Of a DNA stretch of 45,982 nt, positions 9,401-18,615 are shown piece after piece. The notes below the pieces were generated by a model. The model worked only from the letters and a program-made list of their open reading frames with translations, had not been told where the DNA came from and ran no database searches. The first letter of the stretch is position 1. The number at the start of each line of letters is the position of its first letter. This DNA comes from Chloroflexota bacterium (GTDB taxonomy: Bacteria; Chloroflexota; Dormibacteria; Dormibacterales; Dormibacteraceae), in assembly GCA_005881335.1 (NCBI GenBank), contig VBFV01000070.1:1-45982 (forward strand). The letters are read 5' to 3'. A program made the position numbers and the translations under genes.

Positions 9401-10786
9401 AACGTCGCGCGGACCGAGCGGGTGGCTGGCGCGCTGGTCCAGTTCGGCGGCCAGACCGCGATCAACCTGGCCGAGCAGCTCGACCAGCACGGCATCCCGA
9501 TCATGGGTTCGAGCGTCGAGGCCATCGACCTGGCGGAGGACCGCCGAGCGTTTGCGCGCTCGCTGGATGCGATCGGCATCCCACAACCGATGGGGGGCAC
9601 CACGACCACGGTCGAAGAAGCCGAAGCCATCGCGGATCGCGCCGGCTATCCGGTGCTGGTCCGGCCGAGCTACGTGCTTGGCGGGCGAGCGATGGAGATC
9701 GTGCGCAACCGCGACGAGCTTCGGCGTTACATGGTGTGGGCGATCAGCGCCATGCCGCGCGGCCAGGTGCTCGTCGACAAGTACCTGCAGGGCACCGAGG
9801 TGGAGGTCGACGCGATCTCCGACGGAGACACGGTCGTCATCCCGGGCGTCATGCAGCACGTCGAGCGGGCGGGCGTGCATTCTGGGGACTCATACGCGGT
9901 CTATCCGGCGCAAGGCCTGGAGCGTGCTGAGATCGACCGCATCGTCGACTACACGGTCCGCATCGCGCGCCACCTGCGTCTGCGCGGCCTGGTCAACGTG
10001 CAGTACGTGGTGCACCGCGGCCATGTCTACGTGCTGGAGGTCAACCCGCGCGCGTCGCGCACGGTGCCATTCCTGTCCAAGGTCACCGGCGTGCCGATGG
10101 TCAAGCTCGCGACCAGCGTGATGCTGGGCGAAAAGCTGGCCGATCGCGGCTGGGCGACGGGGCTTGTGCCGCCGCGGGACCTGGTGGCGGTGAAGGCCCC
10201 GGTCTTCTCCATGAACAAGCTGCCGGCCGTGGATTCCTACCTCGGTCCCGAGATGAAATCGACGGGCGAAGCGATCGGCATCGCGGGCACGTTGAACGAG
10301 GCGCTGCGCAAAGCCTTTGCCGCGTCGGGCATGCACGTCGAGCGCGGAAGCGCGGCGCTGCTCACGATCGCCGACGCGGACAAGCCCGAGCTGTTCCCGA
10401 TCGTGTCTCGCCTCATCCAGCTCGGGTGTCGTTTGGTCGCGACTGATGGCACCGCGCGGGCGCTGCGCGCGGCGGGCTTCTCGCCTCGCGTCGTCGCCAA
10501 GATCGGCGAGGAGGGCCCGACCGTCCTGGACGTCATCGTCCGCGGTGAGGTGCAGCTCGTCATCAACACGATGTCGAACATCTATGAAGACCCCGGCGAT
10601 GGCAATCCGGTCTTCAAGGACGGCTTCGAGATCCGCCGGGCCGCCGTCGAGCGGCGCATCCCGTGCCTCACCTCATTGGACACCGCCACCGCCCTGCTCG
10701 AGTCCGCCGTCGTCGCGGCCGACGAGCTGGAGGTGCGAACCATCGACGAATGGCGCGCGGGGAGGACTGATCCTGTTCGTGCTTGA
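6452..10786 (+). CDS. carAB: carbamoyl-phosphate synthase, small (glutaminase) and large subunits fused in one ORF
   Basis: 1444-aa uninterrupted ORF. Residues 1-390 are CarA-like ([25 protein letters not shown], active-site HH...HPE). From Met391 (ATG at 7622) onward it is CarB-like ([24 protein letters not shown], two ATP-grasp halves, MGS-like C-terminus). TTG start at 6452. Confidence 0.85.
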   Translation: MPAEKTFAVLVLEDGRSFVGVPLGADALGQGEVVFNTAMTGYQEVLTDPSYAGQMVCMTYPLQGNYGVRDADAESARPWARALIVRWACPAPSHHSSEASLDEYLRRWNVPAITEIDTRALTRHIRINGAQRAVLVHEPAAPTQARLDELVAAAKRVTPLAEQDLVAETSRTKQEEWLEPLPPELRTRRRSDGAGLLVAVVDYGVKTNILRSLRERGCRVVVMPHTATWADVQASGADGLVLSNGPGDPAVLDGPVELARAALGRIPMFGICLGHQIMGRAAGATTSRLPYGHHGVNHPVKDADTGRVHITSQNHEFQVDAVSIPAGDFYVSQRNLNDSSVEGLGHRRLPAFSVQYHPEGCPGPQDNQHLYDRFIDMVRSGAPVAKAVAGMKEQPRPRKVLILGSGPIVIGQAAEFDYAGTQACKALREEGIETVLVNSNPATIMTDEDVADRVYLEPLTVEAVERIIAREQPDALLPTLGGQTGLNLATDLANAGVLERHHVRLLGATIDTIRKAEDRQAFKQMLEEIGEPVPISRVCESMEEVRDFALANGLPLVIRPAYTLGGTGGGFVTTKADLERVAVRGLAASPIHQVLIERSLWGWKEIEYEVMRDGADTCITVCNMENLDPMGVHTGDSIVVAPAQTLSDRDHQMLRSSAIRIIRALGIEGGCNVQFALDPKSSDYYVIEVNPRVSRSSALASKATGYPIARVAAKVAVGRRLEEIRNEVTGRTFAAFEPALDYCVVKIPRWPFDKFPAGDRRLGTQMASTGEVMAVERTFEAALIKAMRSLEQKPPVAWELGPETIDQPNDRRLFALLDALRNGADAESLAERSRIDRWFIDRLASLVRLEVEGDVRELRRAGFSDSMIAALRGDAVPPSTPTYKLVDTCAGEFEAATPYYYSCWEEETESTPVATQTVIVIGSGPIRIGQGIEFDYCSVHAAWALRDSGVRAVLVNSNPETVSTDFDTSDRLYFEPLDLDGALNVARTERVAGALVQFGGQTAINLAEQLDQHGIPIMGSSVEAIDLAEDRRAFARSLDAIGIPQPMGGTTTTVEEAEAIADRAGYPVLVRPSYVLGGRAMEIVRNRDELRRYMVWAISAMPRGQVLVDKYLQGTEVEVDAISDGDTVVIPGVMQHVERAGVHSGDSYAVYPAQGLERAEIDRIVDYTVRIARHLRLRGLVNVQYVVHRGHVYVLEVNPRASRTVPFLSKVTGVPMVKLATSVMLGEKLADRGWATGLVPPRDLVAVKAPVFSMNKLPAVDSYLGPEMKSTGEAIGIAGTLNEALRKAFAASGMHVERGSAALLTIADADKPELFPIVSRLIQLGCRLVATDGTARALRAAGFSPRVVAKIGEEGPTVLDVIVRGEVQLVINTMSNIYEDPGDGNPVFKDGFEIRRAAVERRIPCLTSLDTATALLESAVVAADELEVRTIDEWRAGRTDPVRA

Positions 10787-11531
10787 CACGCCGGTGACCG
10801 GCAAACGCCAGGTCGCCCGGGGCATGTTCGTGATCGGCATGCACGCCCCGGAGATCGCATCTGCCGTGCGTGCGGGCCAGTTCGTCAACCTCGGATGGTC
10901 TGGAGGTCCAATTCTGCGCCGCCCCTTCTCGGTCTACCGCGCGGAAGGCGAGCACATCGAGGTGGTCTTGAAGGCGGTCGGCAGCGGCACCGGGCAGATG
11001 CTCGCGATGGAGGTCGGCGACCGGCTCAGCTGCCTCGGCCCGCTGGGACGCGGATTCGAATTCGGTGGCGGCGCCAGGGAAGCCGTGCTGGTCAGCGGCG
11101 GTCTCGGTGTCGCGCCGATGCTGCTCGCGGCCCGCGACGCGAGGGTCGCGGGCATGAAGGTCACATGGGTCCATGGCGCTCGCACGGCCGCCGAGCTGTG
11201 CTCCGAGATGGACGGGGACACGGTGATCTGGGCCACCGACGACGGCTCACAGGGCACCCCCGGCTCCGCGGTCGCGGCGGCGCCGGACGCGGACCTCGTG
11301 ATCGCCTGCGGGCCGAACCGCATGCTCGCCGCGGCCGCCGAGCGATGGCCGGAGGCGCAGGTGGCGGTCGAGACTTACATGGGCTGCGGGACCGGCGTAT
11401 GCCTTGGGTGCGCGGTGCCGCTCAAACGCGGCGGCTACGACCGCGCGTGCAAGGAAGGCCCGGTCTATCGCGCCGCGGACATCGATTGGGACGCGCTGCC
11501 GTCGCATCTCCCTTACGCGGTGGTCGCATGA
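10779..11531 (+). CDS. pyrK: dihydroorotate dehydrogenase electron-transfer subunit
   Basis: ORF 10317..11531 trimmed to the GTG at 10779, which overlaps the carAB stop by 8 nt. Motifs: FAD/NAD-binding fold ([22 protein letters not shown]) and C-terminal 2Fe-2S cysteines [10 protein letters not shown]. Confidence 0.85.
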   Translation: MLDTPVTGKRQVARGMFVIGMHAPEIASAVRAGQFVNLGWSGGPILRRPFSVYRAEGEHIEVVLKAVGSGTGQMLAMEVGDRLSCLGPLGRGFEFGGGAREAVLVSGGLGVAPMLLAARDARVAGMKVTWVHGARTAAELCSEMDGDTVIWATDDGSQGTPGSAVAAAPDADLVIACGPNRMLAAAAERWPEAQVAVETYMGCGTGVCLGCAVPLKRGGYDRACKEGPVYRAADIDWDALPSHLPYAVVA

Positions 11532-12442
11532 GCACGGACATGTCGGTCGCGGTCGGCGGCATGAAGCTGCGCGGCCCGGTGCTTGCGGCCTCGGGCACGT
11601 TCGGTTATGGCACGGAGGTGCCGTTGCTGGAGCGTCGCGCATTGGGCGCGATGGTGTCGAAAGGCATCTTCCTTCGCCCGAGGGAGGGCACCGCCCCGCC
11701 ACGCATCGCCGAAACGCCGAGCGGGATGCTCAACGCGATCGGCTTGCAGGGGCCGGGCGCCGACGCGCTGGTGCGCGATTACGCGCCTCAGTGGGCGGAG
11801 TGGGATTTCCCGGTGCTGGTCAACATCAACGGCGAGTCCGTCTCGGAGTACGCGGAGCTGACCTCGCGCTTGGACGGCGTCCCGGGCGTCGCCGGCTTCG
11901 AGATCAACATCTCGTGCCCGAACGTCGAGCAGGGGGGCATGTTCTTCGGCAACGACCCCCGCGCCGCGGCCACGGTTACCGAGGCGGTGCGCAAGCGGAC
12001 GAAGCTGCCGGTCTGGGTGAAGCTGACGCCGATGGTCAGCGATATCGGAGTCATCGCGCGGGCGGTCGAGTCGGCCGGTGCCGACGCGCTCTGCGCGATC
12101 AACACTTTCGTCGGCATGTCGATCGACCTGAACGCGTACCGGCCGCGTCTGAGCTTCAGGACAGGCGGCCTGTCCGGACCGGCGATCCGTCCGCTTGCGG
12201 TTCACCTCGCGCACCAGGCCGCGCGCGCAGTCCGCATCCCGGTGATCGGGATTGGCGGGATCGCGCGAGCCGAGGACGCGCTGGAGTTCCTGGTCGCCGG
12301 CTGCACCGCGGTCCAGGTCGGCACAGCGACGTTCGTCAACCCGAAGGCGATCGCCGAGGTCCACGATGGGATTGCATCGTTCCTCGAAGCTCGCGCGTTC
12401 AGATCGCTTGCCGACCTGCCCCGCTACTTGCCTCGAGACTAG
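11528..12442 (+). CDS. pyrD: dihydroorotate dehydrogenase, class 1B catalytic subunit
   Basis: ORF trimmed to the ATG at 11528 (ATGA overlap with the pyrK stop). Motifs: LRGPVLAASGTFGYG, NISCPNV (active-site Cys), GLSGPAIRP and GIGGI. Confidence 0.9.
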   Translation: MSTDMSVAVGGMKLRGPVLAASGTFGYGTEVPLLERRALGAMVSKGIFLRPREGTAPPRIAETPSGMLNAIGLQGPGADALVRDYAPQWAEWDFPVLVNINGESVSEYAELTSRLDGVPGVAGFEINISCPNVEQGGMFFGNDPRAAATVTEAVRKRTKLPVWVKLTPMVSDIGVIARAVESAGADALCAINTFVGMSIDLNAYRPRLSFRTGGLSGPAIRPLAVHLAHQAARAVRIPVIGIGGIARAEDALEFLVAGCTAVQVGTATFVNPKAIAEVHDGIASFLEARAFRSLADLPRYLPRD

Positions 12443-12451
12443 GAGGAAAGA

Positions 12452-13153
12452 ATGTCGACAGAGATTCCGCCGGTCCGGGACGCATCGACCGCATCCAAGC
12501 TCCAGGTCCTCGCCACCGAGCACTGGAGCCTGCTTGCGACGCGTTCGCTGACGTACACCGAGTCGCTCGGGCGAATCAACATGTTCTTGGCGATCCTGTC
12601 GGGTGCGGTGATCGCGCTCGCGCTCGTCGCGCAGGCCGATCACTTCGGGCCGGCGTTCATCTCCATCGCCGTCTTCATGCTCTCGGTCGTTTTGCTGGTG
12701 GGCGTTTTCACGATCGCCCGGCTCACGTCGCTCAACGGCGACGACTTCCGATGGGTGCTCGGGATGAATCGCCTGCGGAGCGCGTATCTCGAGCTCCATC
12801 CAGAGCTCGAGCCGCACTTCATCACGAGCCCTTACGACGATTTGCCTGGCGCCCTCCAAACCCTGGGCATCGACGCCACCGGCGCTGATCGTCTCGGATC
12901 GCTGTTCCACGGCCTGCAGACGCTGCCAGGGATGCTTTCGTTGATCGTGGCGTCGGTCGCCGGGGCGCTCGGTGGCCTGATCGCTCTTGGTTTCGGCGGT
13001 GATCCCGTAGTCGTCGTGATCGCAGGCATTATCTCGTTCGCGGTGCTCTGGGTTTTGACCGCCGTCTGGGGCCGGCGTTCCGTCCGGCGCCTCGACCCGC
13101 AGCTTCAACCGAGGTTTCCTTCGCCGCCAAAACCGCCAACTTCAAGGGGATAG
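12452..13153 (+). CDS. hypothetical integral membrane protein
   Basis: 233 aa with about 4 predicted TM helices. An SD (TAGGAGGAAAG) lies directly upstream of the ATG. I do not recognise a family. Confidence 0.55.
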   Translation: MSTEIPPVRDASTASKLQVLATEHWSLLATRSLTYTESLGRINMFLAILSGAVIALALVAQADHFGPAFISIAVFMLSVVLLVGVFTIARLTSLNGDDFRWVLGMNRLRSAYLELHPELEPHFITSPYDDLPGALQTLGIDATGADRLGSLFHGLQTLPGMLSLIVASVAGALGGLIALGFGGDPVVVVIAGIISFAVLWVLTAVWGRRSVRRLDPQLQPRFPSPPKPPTSRG

Positions 13154-13174
13154 CCCGTCAGAATCCAGTAGCCC

Positions 13175-13948
13175 ATGCTGGAAGTCGAAGGTCTCGCCAA
13201 GCGCTACGGCGACGTGCTCGCGCTCCAGGACCTGACCGTCAGCGTCGAGGAAGGCCAATGCCTGGTCCTGCTCGGCCGCAACGGTGCAGGGAAGACGACC
13301 GCATTGCGCTGTATGGCGGGAGTCCTGCTGCCCAGCGGTGGAATGGTGAAGGTCGACGGCATCGACGCCGCCGACGATCCCGCTGCGGTCCGCGCGCGAG
13401 TCGGCCTCATGCCCGAGGTCCCCGGCCTCTACGAGCGCATGTCCGTCAAGGCGTACCTGGACTACTTCGGGGCGATCTACGACATCGAGCCCAACACTCG
13501 CCGGAGCCGGATCGACGAGTTGCTCGAGGTCTTCGAGCTCACCGACGCCGGCGACCGGTGGCTGGGCACCTTCTCGAAAGGCATGCGCCAGAAAGTGGCA
13601 CTCATACGCGCCACGCTCCACCGGCCGAGACTCGTGCTCGCCGACGAACCGACCTCGGCGCTGGATCCGGACAGCGCCAGGCGTGCGTGGATCTATCTCA
13701 AGGATCTGCAGAGGAAAGGCAGCGCGCTCGTCATCTGCACCCACAGCATGGAAGAGGCCGAGCACCTTGCTGGAGACATCGGGATCATGTCCGCCGGCCG
13801 CGCGCTTGCGATCGGCAACCTGGTCGAGCTACGCCGCCGCTCCGGTTTGAAGATGCGCCAAGAGGTGCGCGAGATGCCGACGCTGCAGGACATCTACCTC
13901 GCGATTGTGGACAACCATCGTGATCTGGCCGAAGTTAGAACGGCGTAA
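13175..13948 (+). CDS. ABC transporter ATP-binding protein
   Basis: 257 aa with Walker A GRNGAGKTT, signature variant FSKGMRQKV and Walker B LVLADEPTS. It is a paralogue of the NBD at 30396. Confidence 0.9.
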   Translation: MLEVEGLAKRYGDVLALQDLTVSVEEGQCLVLLGRNGAGKTTALRCMAGVLLPSGGMVKVDGIDAADDPAAVRARVGLMPEVPGLYERMSVKAYLDYFGAIYDIEPNTRRSRIDELLEVFELTDAGDRWLGTFSKGMRQKVALIRATLHRPRLVLADEPTSALDPDSARRAWIYLKDLQRKGSALVICTHSMEEAEHLAGDIGIMSAGRALAIGNLVELRRRSGLKMRQEVREMPTLQDIYLAIVDNHRDLAEVRTA

Positions 13949-15251
13949 AGCCGCGCTGGTCGCCGCGCGCGACCTGCGTGACGCCGTGAGCGAGCTCCGT
14001 CTCATCCTGGCAATGGTCGGGCTCACGCTTGCGATCCCCATGGGCGCGGGGTCGGGCGTCCGCGCGCTCGCGGCATTCGGCGGCGGCACAGCGGTCGTGG
14101 ACCGGCTCTCGTTGGTCGGCGCCTTTTTCGTGGTCTTCATCCCGGCCAGCTTCTCGTTGGTGCTCGCCCTGGAGTCGTTTGTCGGCGAGCGCGAACGCAC
14201 GACGCTCGAGGTGCTGCTTTCGACTCCTCTTCGCGAGGCGGAGATCTATGCGGGCAAGGTCGTGGCGGTGCTGACCGTCTCGCTCACGCTCTGTTACGGC
14301 GGCCTGATCGTCTACTGCCTCGTCGCTTTTCCAGGCCTCGGCTATTTTCCCCTCGGTATCCTGCTCGCCCTGGCGCTTTCGACGATCTGCCAGGTCGCCG
14401 CGATGGTGGCCGGCGCGGTGATCATCAGCCTCAACGCCCGCACCATGCGCGCGGCCAACGTCATGGCCTCCTTCATCATCCTGCCGATGTCGGTCGTCCT
14501 CCAGGTCGAGGCAGCCCTGATCCTGCTCGGCCGCGCCGAGTTCTTGTGGTGCTTCGCGCTGCTGATGATCGTGGTCGCGATCGTCCTGCTGCGCATGGGC
14601 TTCAACGGCTTCTCGCGCGAGGCCCTCCTGGCGCGGGACGCTGGGCTGGGGCATCCAATGCGGCGCGCGATGGGCGTCGTGCGCGCGAGTTTCGGCCGGC
14701 GGCCGGCTTTTCTGCGGCTTATATGGATGCGGCGCATCCCGGTGCTCATCGCGGCCGCCGGGTTCCCGATCGGCGCGCTGGCCGGGTTCGTGGCCGGTTC
14801 GAGCAGCGCCATCCCGCCGGCCGTGGTGCGACCCGTCCTTTCGAGTCTCGTGCGCTCAGCTGGGGGAGGCGGTGCGGTCGAGGAGGCGATGGCGATCTTC
14901 GCGCACAACCTCCTGGCTTTCCTCCTCGTGGCGCTGCTCGCGGTGCTCACCCTGGGTCTGAGCGGGTTCCTCCTCACCTTCGCGCCAGGGTTCTTGCTGG
15001 GGTTTGCCGCCGCCCTGTCCTCGTGGACCATCGCCCTGTCCGGGATCGTGCCGAACGGCCTGGTGGAGATTCCGGCCGCGATCATCGCGGGCGGGCTGGC
15101 GATACAGGTCGGCGCCACCGCCATGCACATGGACGCCCGGGGCGGCTGGACCGCTCGGGTGCTGGCCGCGCTGGCCGATTATGTCCGGGCGCTCCGCTGG
15201 CTCGTACCGGCGCTGGCTGTGGCCGCAGTGCTTGAGGTCTGGCTGGGCTGA
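13905..15251 (+). CDS. ABC-2 permease fused to a SpoIIM/DUF95-like membrane domain
   Basis: 448 aa. The N-terminal half carries the ABC-2 motif ERERTTLEVLLSTPL. The C-terminal half carries SpoIIM-like motifs IFAHNL and PNGLVEIPAAIIAGGLA. The start is uncertain; the GTG at 13905 overlaps the ATPase gene by 44 nt. Confidence 0.65.
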   Translation: MWTTIVIWPKLERRKAALVAARDLRDAVSELRLILAMVGLTLAIPMGAGSGVRALAAFGGGTAVVDRLSLVGAFFVVFIPASFSLVLALESFVGERERTTLEVLLSTPLREAEIYAGKVVAVLTVSLTLCYGGLIVYCLVAFPGLGYFPLGILLALALSTICQVAAMVAGAVIISLNARTMRAANVMASFIILPMSVVLQVEAALILLGRAEFLWCFALLMIVVAIVLLRMGFNGFSREALLARDAGLGHPMRRAMGVVRASFGRRPAFLRLIWMRRIPVLIAAAGFPIGALAGFVAGSSSAIPPAVVRPVLSSLVRSAGGGGAVEEAMAIFAHNLLAFLLVALLAVLTLGLSGFLLTFAPGFLLGFAAALSSWTIALSGIVPNGLVEIPAAIIAGGLAIQVGATAMHMDARGGWTARVLAALADYVRALRWLVPALAVAAVLEVWLG

Positions 15252-16444
15252 CTGAAGACCTGGGGAGTCAATAGCCGGATCGCGAGCACGACCCCGCCGG
15301 CCACCGTCGCGCCGATCGCCATCGCCCACGGCGCTCCCAACAGCGCGGCCAGCGCGCCCGCCTGGGTGGCGCCAACCGGCCCCACGCCGATCAAGGCCTC
15401 TGCGTAGAGCGCCATCACGCGGCCGCGCAGGTGGTCTGGCGTGATGGTCTGGATGCGGCTGTTGGCGGCCGCGATGAATGAGATCTGGCAGTAGCCGGCC
15501 ACGAAGAGCGTGACCAGCGAGATCACAAACACGCGCGAGAGGGAGAACTCGAGCAGCGCGGCGACCCAGATCGCCGCCATCCACAGCTGGCGTCGCGGGT
15601 CAACGCCGAAACGCGGGAAGAAGGCAAGTGTCAGTGCCCCCGTGAGGGAACCCAGCCCCATCGACGCCAGGAGAAAGCCGAATCCATGCGCGCCGACGTG
15701 GAGCACCTGGTCTGCAAACAGCGGCATCAGGGTGGTGCGGTTCATGGCGAAGAGCGAGAAGACCGCCACCGCAATGAGCAGCATTCCGACGACAGGCTCG
15801 CTCCGCGCGTATGCCAGCCCCTGGGCGAGCCGCACCAGGAGGGACTGTTCCTCCCGTTGCGGCACCTCCGCGGGCAGGTCTCGCATCAACAGCAGGGCCG
15901 CGATCGCGGCGACATAGCTGATCGAGTTGAGAAAGAAGCAGACAGGCACGCCGACAGCCGCGATGAGCAAGCCCGCGATCGACGGACCAATGACCGCGGA
16001 GGCGTTGAAGACCGAGGAGTTGAGCGCGATCGCGTTCATCAAGTCCTGCTTGCCCACCATCTCGACCTGGAAGGCTTGCCGCGTGGGGACGTCGAGGGTG
16101 TTGATCGTGCCGGTCGTCAGGGCGGCGACGATCAGCATCCAGTACTGGGCGTGCCCCGTTGCGCTCATCGCAAAGAGAGCGAGCGGAGGCACGACAAAGG
16201 CTGTTTGCGTGAGAAGCAACACGTTTCGTTTTCGGAAGCGGTCCGCGATCACACCGGCAAATGGGCTGCCGATCAGGACGGGCAGGAACTGCGCCGCCAG
16301 GACGAGCCCGACGAGAAATCCGTTGTGCGTCAACTGCAGCGCGAGCCATGGAAGCGCCACGGTCTGCATCCACGTGCCGACCGTCGAGACGATCTGGCCG
16401 GCGAGGAAGAGCCGGTAGTTGCGATGACGAAGCGCGCCGAGCAT
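15179..16444 (-). CDS. MFS transporter (MFS_3 / EntS-like)
   Basis: ORF 15179..16594 trimmed to the ATG at 16444 (MLGALRHRNYRLFLAGQIVSTVGTWMQTVALPWLAL), with 12 TM-like segments. Its 3' end overlaps the convergent permease gene by 73 nt. Confidence 0.8.
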   Translation of the reverse strand: MLGALRHRNYRLFLAGQIVSTVGTWMQTVALPWLALQLTHNGFLVGLVLAAQFLPVLIGSPFAGVIADRFRKRNVLLLTQTAFVVPPLALFAMSATGHAQYWMLIVAALTTGTINTLDVPTRQAFQVEMVGKQDLMNAIALNSSVFNASAVIGPSIAGLLIAAVGVPVCFFLNSISYVAAIAALLLMRDLPAEVPQREEQSLLVRLAQGLAYARSEPVVGMLLIAVAVFSLFAMNRTTLMPLFADQVLHVGAHGFGFLLASMGLGSLTGALTLAFFPRFGVDPRRQLWMAAIWVAALLEFSLSRVFVISLVTLFVAGYCQISFIAAANSRIQTITPDHLRGRVMALYAEALIGVGPVGATQAGALAALLGAPWAMAIGATVAGGVVLAIRLLTPQVFSQPSQTSSTAATASAGTSQRSART

Positions 16445-16493
16445 GCGTGCGGGCGGCGCGGTCTCGAGAGACACCAGATGCGATGATCGCACC

Positions 16494-16955
16494 GTGGCCA
16501 AGATCCGAGAGTTGGTCGAGATCAAGGCGCCGCCGGAGCGCGTGTGGGCGGTGGTGGCGGAGGATGTGACGAACGCGCCGAAATGGACGTCCAACCTCGA
16601 GAAGGTGGAGAAGCTCGACGACGGGCCACCGGGAAAGGGAACGCGATATCGATATCACCTCGACATCGCCGGTCACAAGGAGAGGCTCGAGGTCGAGCAG
16701 GCGACCTACACCAAGCCGAAGAAGTGCGCCGGCGCCTTCATCAAAGGGCCGTTGAAGGGGACGTGGTCGTACACGTACAAGCAGCTCGACGACGGATCGA
16801 CCCGGCTGGTCTACGAGATGGACTACGAGCTGACCGGGTTGCTGCGTTTCGCGGGCGGTCTGCTGGGACCCCAGTACGCAGAGGGCATCCGCAGGAACAT
16901 GCAGTCGCTGAAGAGGTACGTCGAGTCCGGCAAGGGTCCGAAACCTAAGAAGTAA
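16494..16955 (+). CDS. SRPBCC (polyketide cyclase/dehydrase-like) family protein
   Basis: ORF 16443..16955. VAKIRELVEIKAPPERVWAVVAED..W matches the typical SRPBCC N-terminus, so the GTG at 16494 is preferred. ATG at 16443 is the alternative. Confidence 0.65.
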   Translation: MAKIRELVEIKAPPERVWAVVAEDVTNAPKWTSNLEKVEKLDDGPPGKGTRYRYHLDIAGHKERLEVEQATYTKPKKCAGAFIKGPLKGTWSYTYKQLDDGSTRLVYEMDYELTGLLRFAGGLLGPQYAEGIRRNMQSLKRYVESGKGPKPKK

Positions 16956-17331
16956 TCGCGTCCGCCTCGATCTCGACCTTCCATCGTTCGTCGAGAAGAC
17001 CTTTGACCACGACCATGGTCGCCGCGGGCCGGGCCCTGCTCATCACTTCGCCGTGCGCCCGGCCGACGGCGTCTCCGTAAGCGGCGTCGGTCACGAACAT
17101 GCGCGTGCGCACGACGTCGTCCACGGTGGCTCCGGCTTCGCCGAGAGCGGTGACGATGATCTCGAAGCACCGTCTGGCCTGGATGTACGGATCCGGGTCC
17201 ACCGACCCGTCGGGCCAGACAGGCGCCGTGCCCGACACAACGACCCGCTCGCCGATGCGAATGGCGCGGCAGAAGCCGATCGTCTTTTCGAAGGGCGACC
17301 CGGAGCTGACCCGCCGGCGCTCGGTCTTCAG
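16945..17331 (-). CDS. RidA/YjgF-family protein, apparent CTG start
   Basis: The track ORF (16945..17238) begins inside the conserved domain. The same frame stays open upstream and encodes LKTERRRVSSGSPFEKTIGFCRAIRIGERVVVSGTAP. This conserved N-terminal segment contains no ATG, GTG or TTG. A CTG at 17329-17331 lies 4 nt after the upstream gene stop. Confidence 0.6.
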   Translation of the reverse strand: MKTERRRVSSGSPFEKTIGFCRAIRIGERVVVSGTAPVWPDGSVDPDPYIQARRCFEIIVTALGEAGATVDDVVRTRMFVTDAAYGDAVGRAHGEVMSRARPAATMVVVKGLLDERWKVEIEADAITS

Positions 17332-17335
17332 GGGA

Positions 17336-17794
17336 TCAGGGTCGGCGGAACGGAAGCAGCTCCAGCTGCTCGAATCGATCTTGAACCGCGGTACGAAGCT
17401 CGGCGACGAGCGCCTTCAGCCGCTCCTGGGATGGGCTGTCCGAGATGTTCACGACCCTGATCCGGCGGAGAGTTGTCTGCAGGGCGTACAGGCCGGCCGG
17501 CTCGTTGCCGGTCATCCGGGCGGCCGCGCTGCGAATCTCGCGCGCCACCTCCTCGTGGCCATGCCCACGCATCCAGGTCGCCAGGCGCGCGGCGGCGACG
17601 AGCACGCGCTGCGTCTTCGGGTTGAGCGCCGACGGCATGACCTCTCGTGGCCGTCGCGGCTCGAACAGGGCCGCGATCTTGTTGGGCCGGCGCAACGAGG
17701 CGATCCGTCGGACCACGTTGCGCGGGCCGAGAATGATGAGAACGCCCGCGCCGACGAGCAGGACGACGATCGCTGCAACCACCCCGTCCAGCAT
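17336..17794 (-). CDS. hypothetical protein with an N-terminal membrane anchor
   Basis: 152 aa. One N-terminal TM helix (VVAAIVVLLVGAGVLIIL) followed by a helical soluble part. I do not recognise a family. Confidence 0.5.
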   Translation of the reverse strand: MLDGVVAAIVVLLVGAGVLIILGPRNVVRRIASLRRPNKIAALFEPRRPREVMPSALNPKTQRVLVAAARLATWMRGHGHEEVAREIRSAAARMTGNEPAGLYALQTTLRRIRVVNISDSPSQERLKALVAELRTAVQDRFEQLELLPFRRP

Positions 17795-17838
17795 TCTTTG
17801 CCTAGGTTACGCTTGGTCGGCGTCGGTTGGGCGGCGGT

Positions 17839-18615
17839 ATGACATCAGGGGCGAAGAACGTGACTCAAGTCGCAGTCATCACGGGAGCTTCCTCGGGAAT
17901 CGGCGCCGCGACCGCGATCGCGCTTGGCCGGCATGGCTACCAGGTCGTGGTCGGGGCACGTCGCGTGGAGCGCCTCGAGCGCGTGGCGGGCGAGGAAGGA
18001 GTGGCCCTGCCGCTCGACGTCACGGATGGGCGAAGCATCAAGGATTTCGTCCGCGAGGTAGGTAAGCGATTCGGGCGTATCGATCTGCTGGTCAACAACG
18101 CCGGCGGCGCCGTCGGGCTCAACCCGATCGAGAAGGCGATCGACGACGAGTGGATCACCATGTGGAAGACCAACGTCCTGGGCCTGATGTGGATGACACG
18201 CGCGTGCCTACCCCTTCTGCGTAAGGCGAAGCATGGACACATCGTCAACATCGGCTCGATCGCCGGATTCGAGACTTACAAGGGCGGTGGCGGCTACACA
18301 GCGGCAAAGCACGCGGTGCGCGCGATCACCAAGACGCTCCGGCTCGAGCTGAACGGGGAGCCGATCCGCATCACCGAGATCGCACCGGGGCTCGTCGAGA
18401 CGGAGTTCAGCATCGTCCGCTTCCACGGCGACCGCAAGGCGGCCAAAGCCGTCTACGAGGGACTCAAGCCGCTGACCGCGGAAGATATCGCGGACTGCGT
18501 GGTGTTCGCTGTGACGCGGCCCCCACACGTGGACATCGACGAGATCGTCGTCCGGCCGGTCGCCCAGGCCACGGTCTCGGTGGTGGCCCGCAAAGCGCCG
18601 CGGCGCAAGTCCTAG
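17839..18615 (+). CDS. SDR family oxidoreductase
   Basis: Motifs TGASSGIG, NNAG and catalytic YTAAK. ATG at 17839 is preferred over the TTG at 17827. Confidence 0.9.
   Translation: MTSGAKNVTQVAVITGASSGIGAATAIALGRHGYQVVVGARRVERLERVAGEEGVALPLDVTDGRSIKDFVREVGKRFGRIDLLVNNAGGAVGLNPIEKAIDDEWITMWKTNVLGLMWMTRACLPLLRKAKHGHIVNIGSIAGFETYKGGGGYTAAKHAVRAITKTLRLELNGEPIRITEIAPGLVETEFSIVRFHGDRKAAKAVYEGLKPLTAEDIADCVVFAVTRPPHVDIDEIVVRPVAQATVSVVARKAPRRKS

Noticed and set aside
15179-15251. 73-nt convergent overlap of the 3' ends of the ABC-2/SpoIIM permease and the MFS transporter as a regulatory antisense feature
   Set aside because: Both stops are fixed by the sequence, and the overlapping tails are low-complexity. 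Without expression data this is just compact gene geometry.
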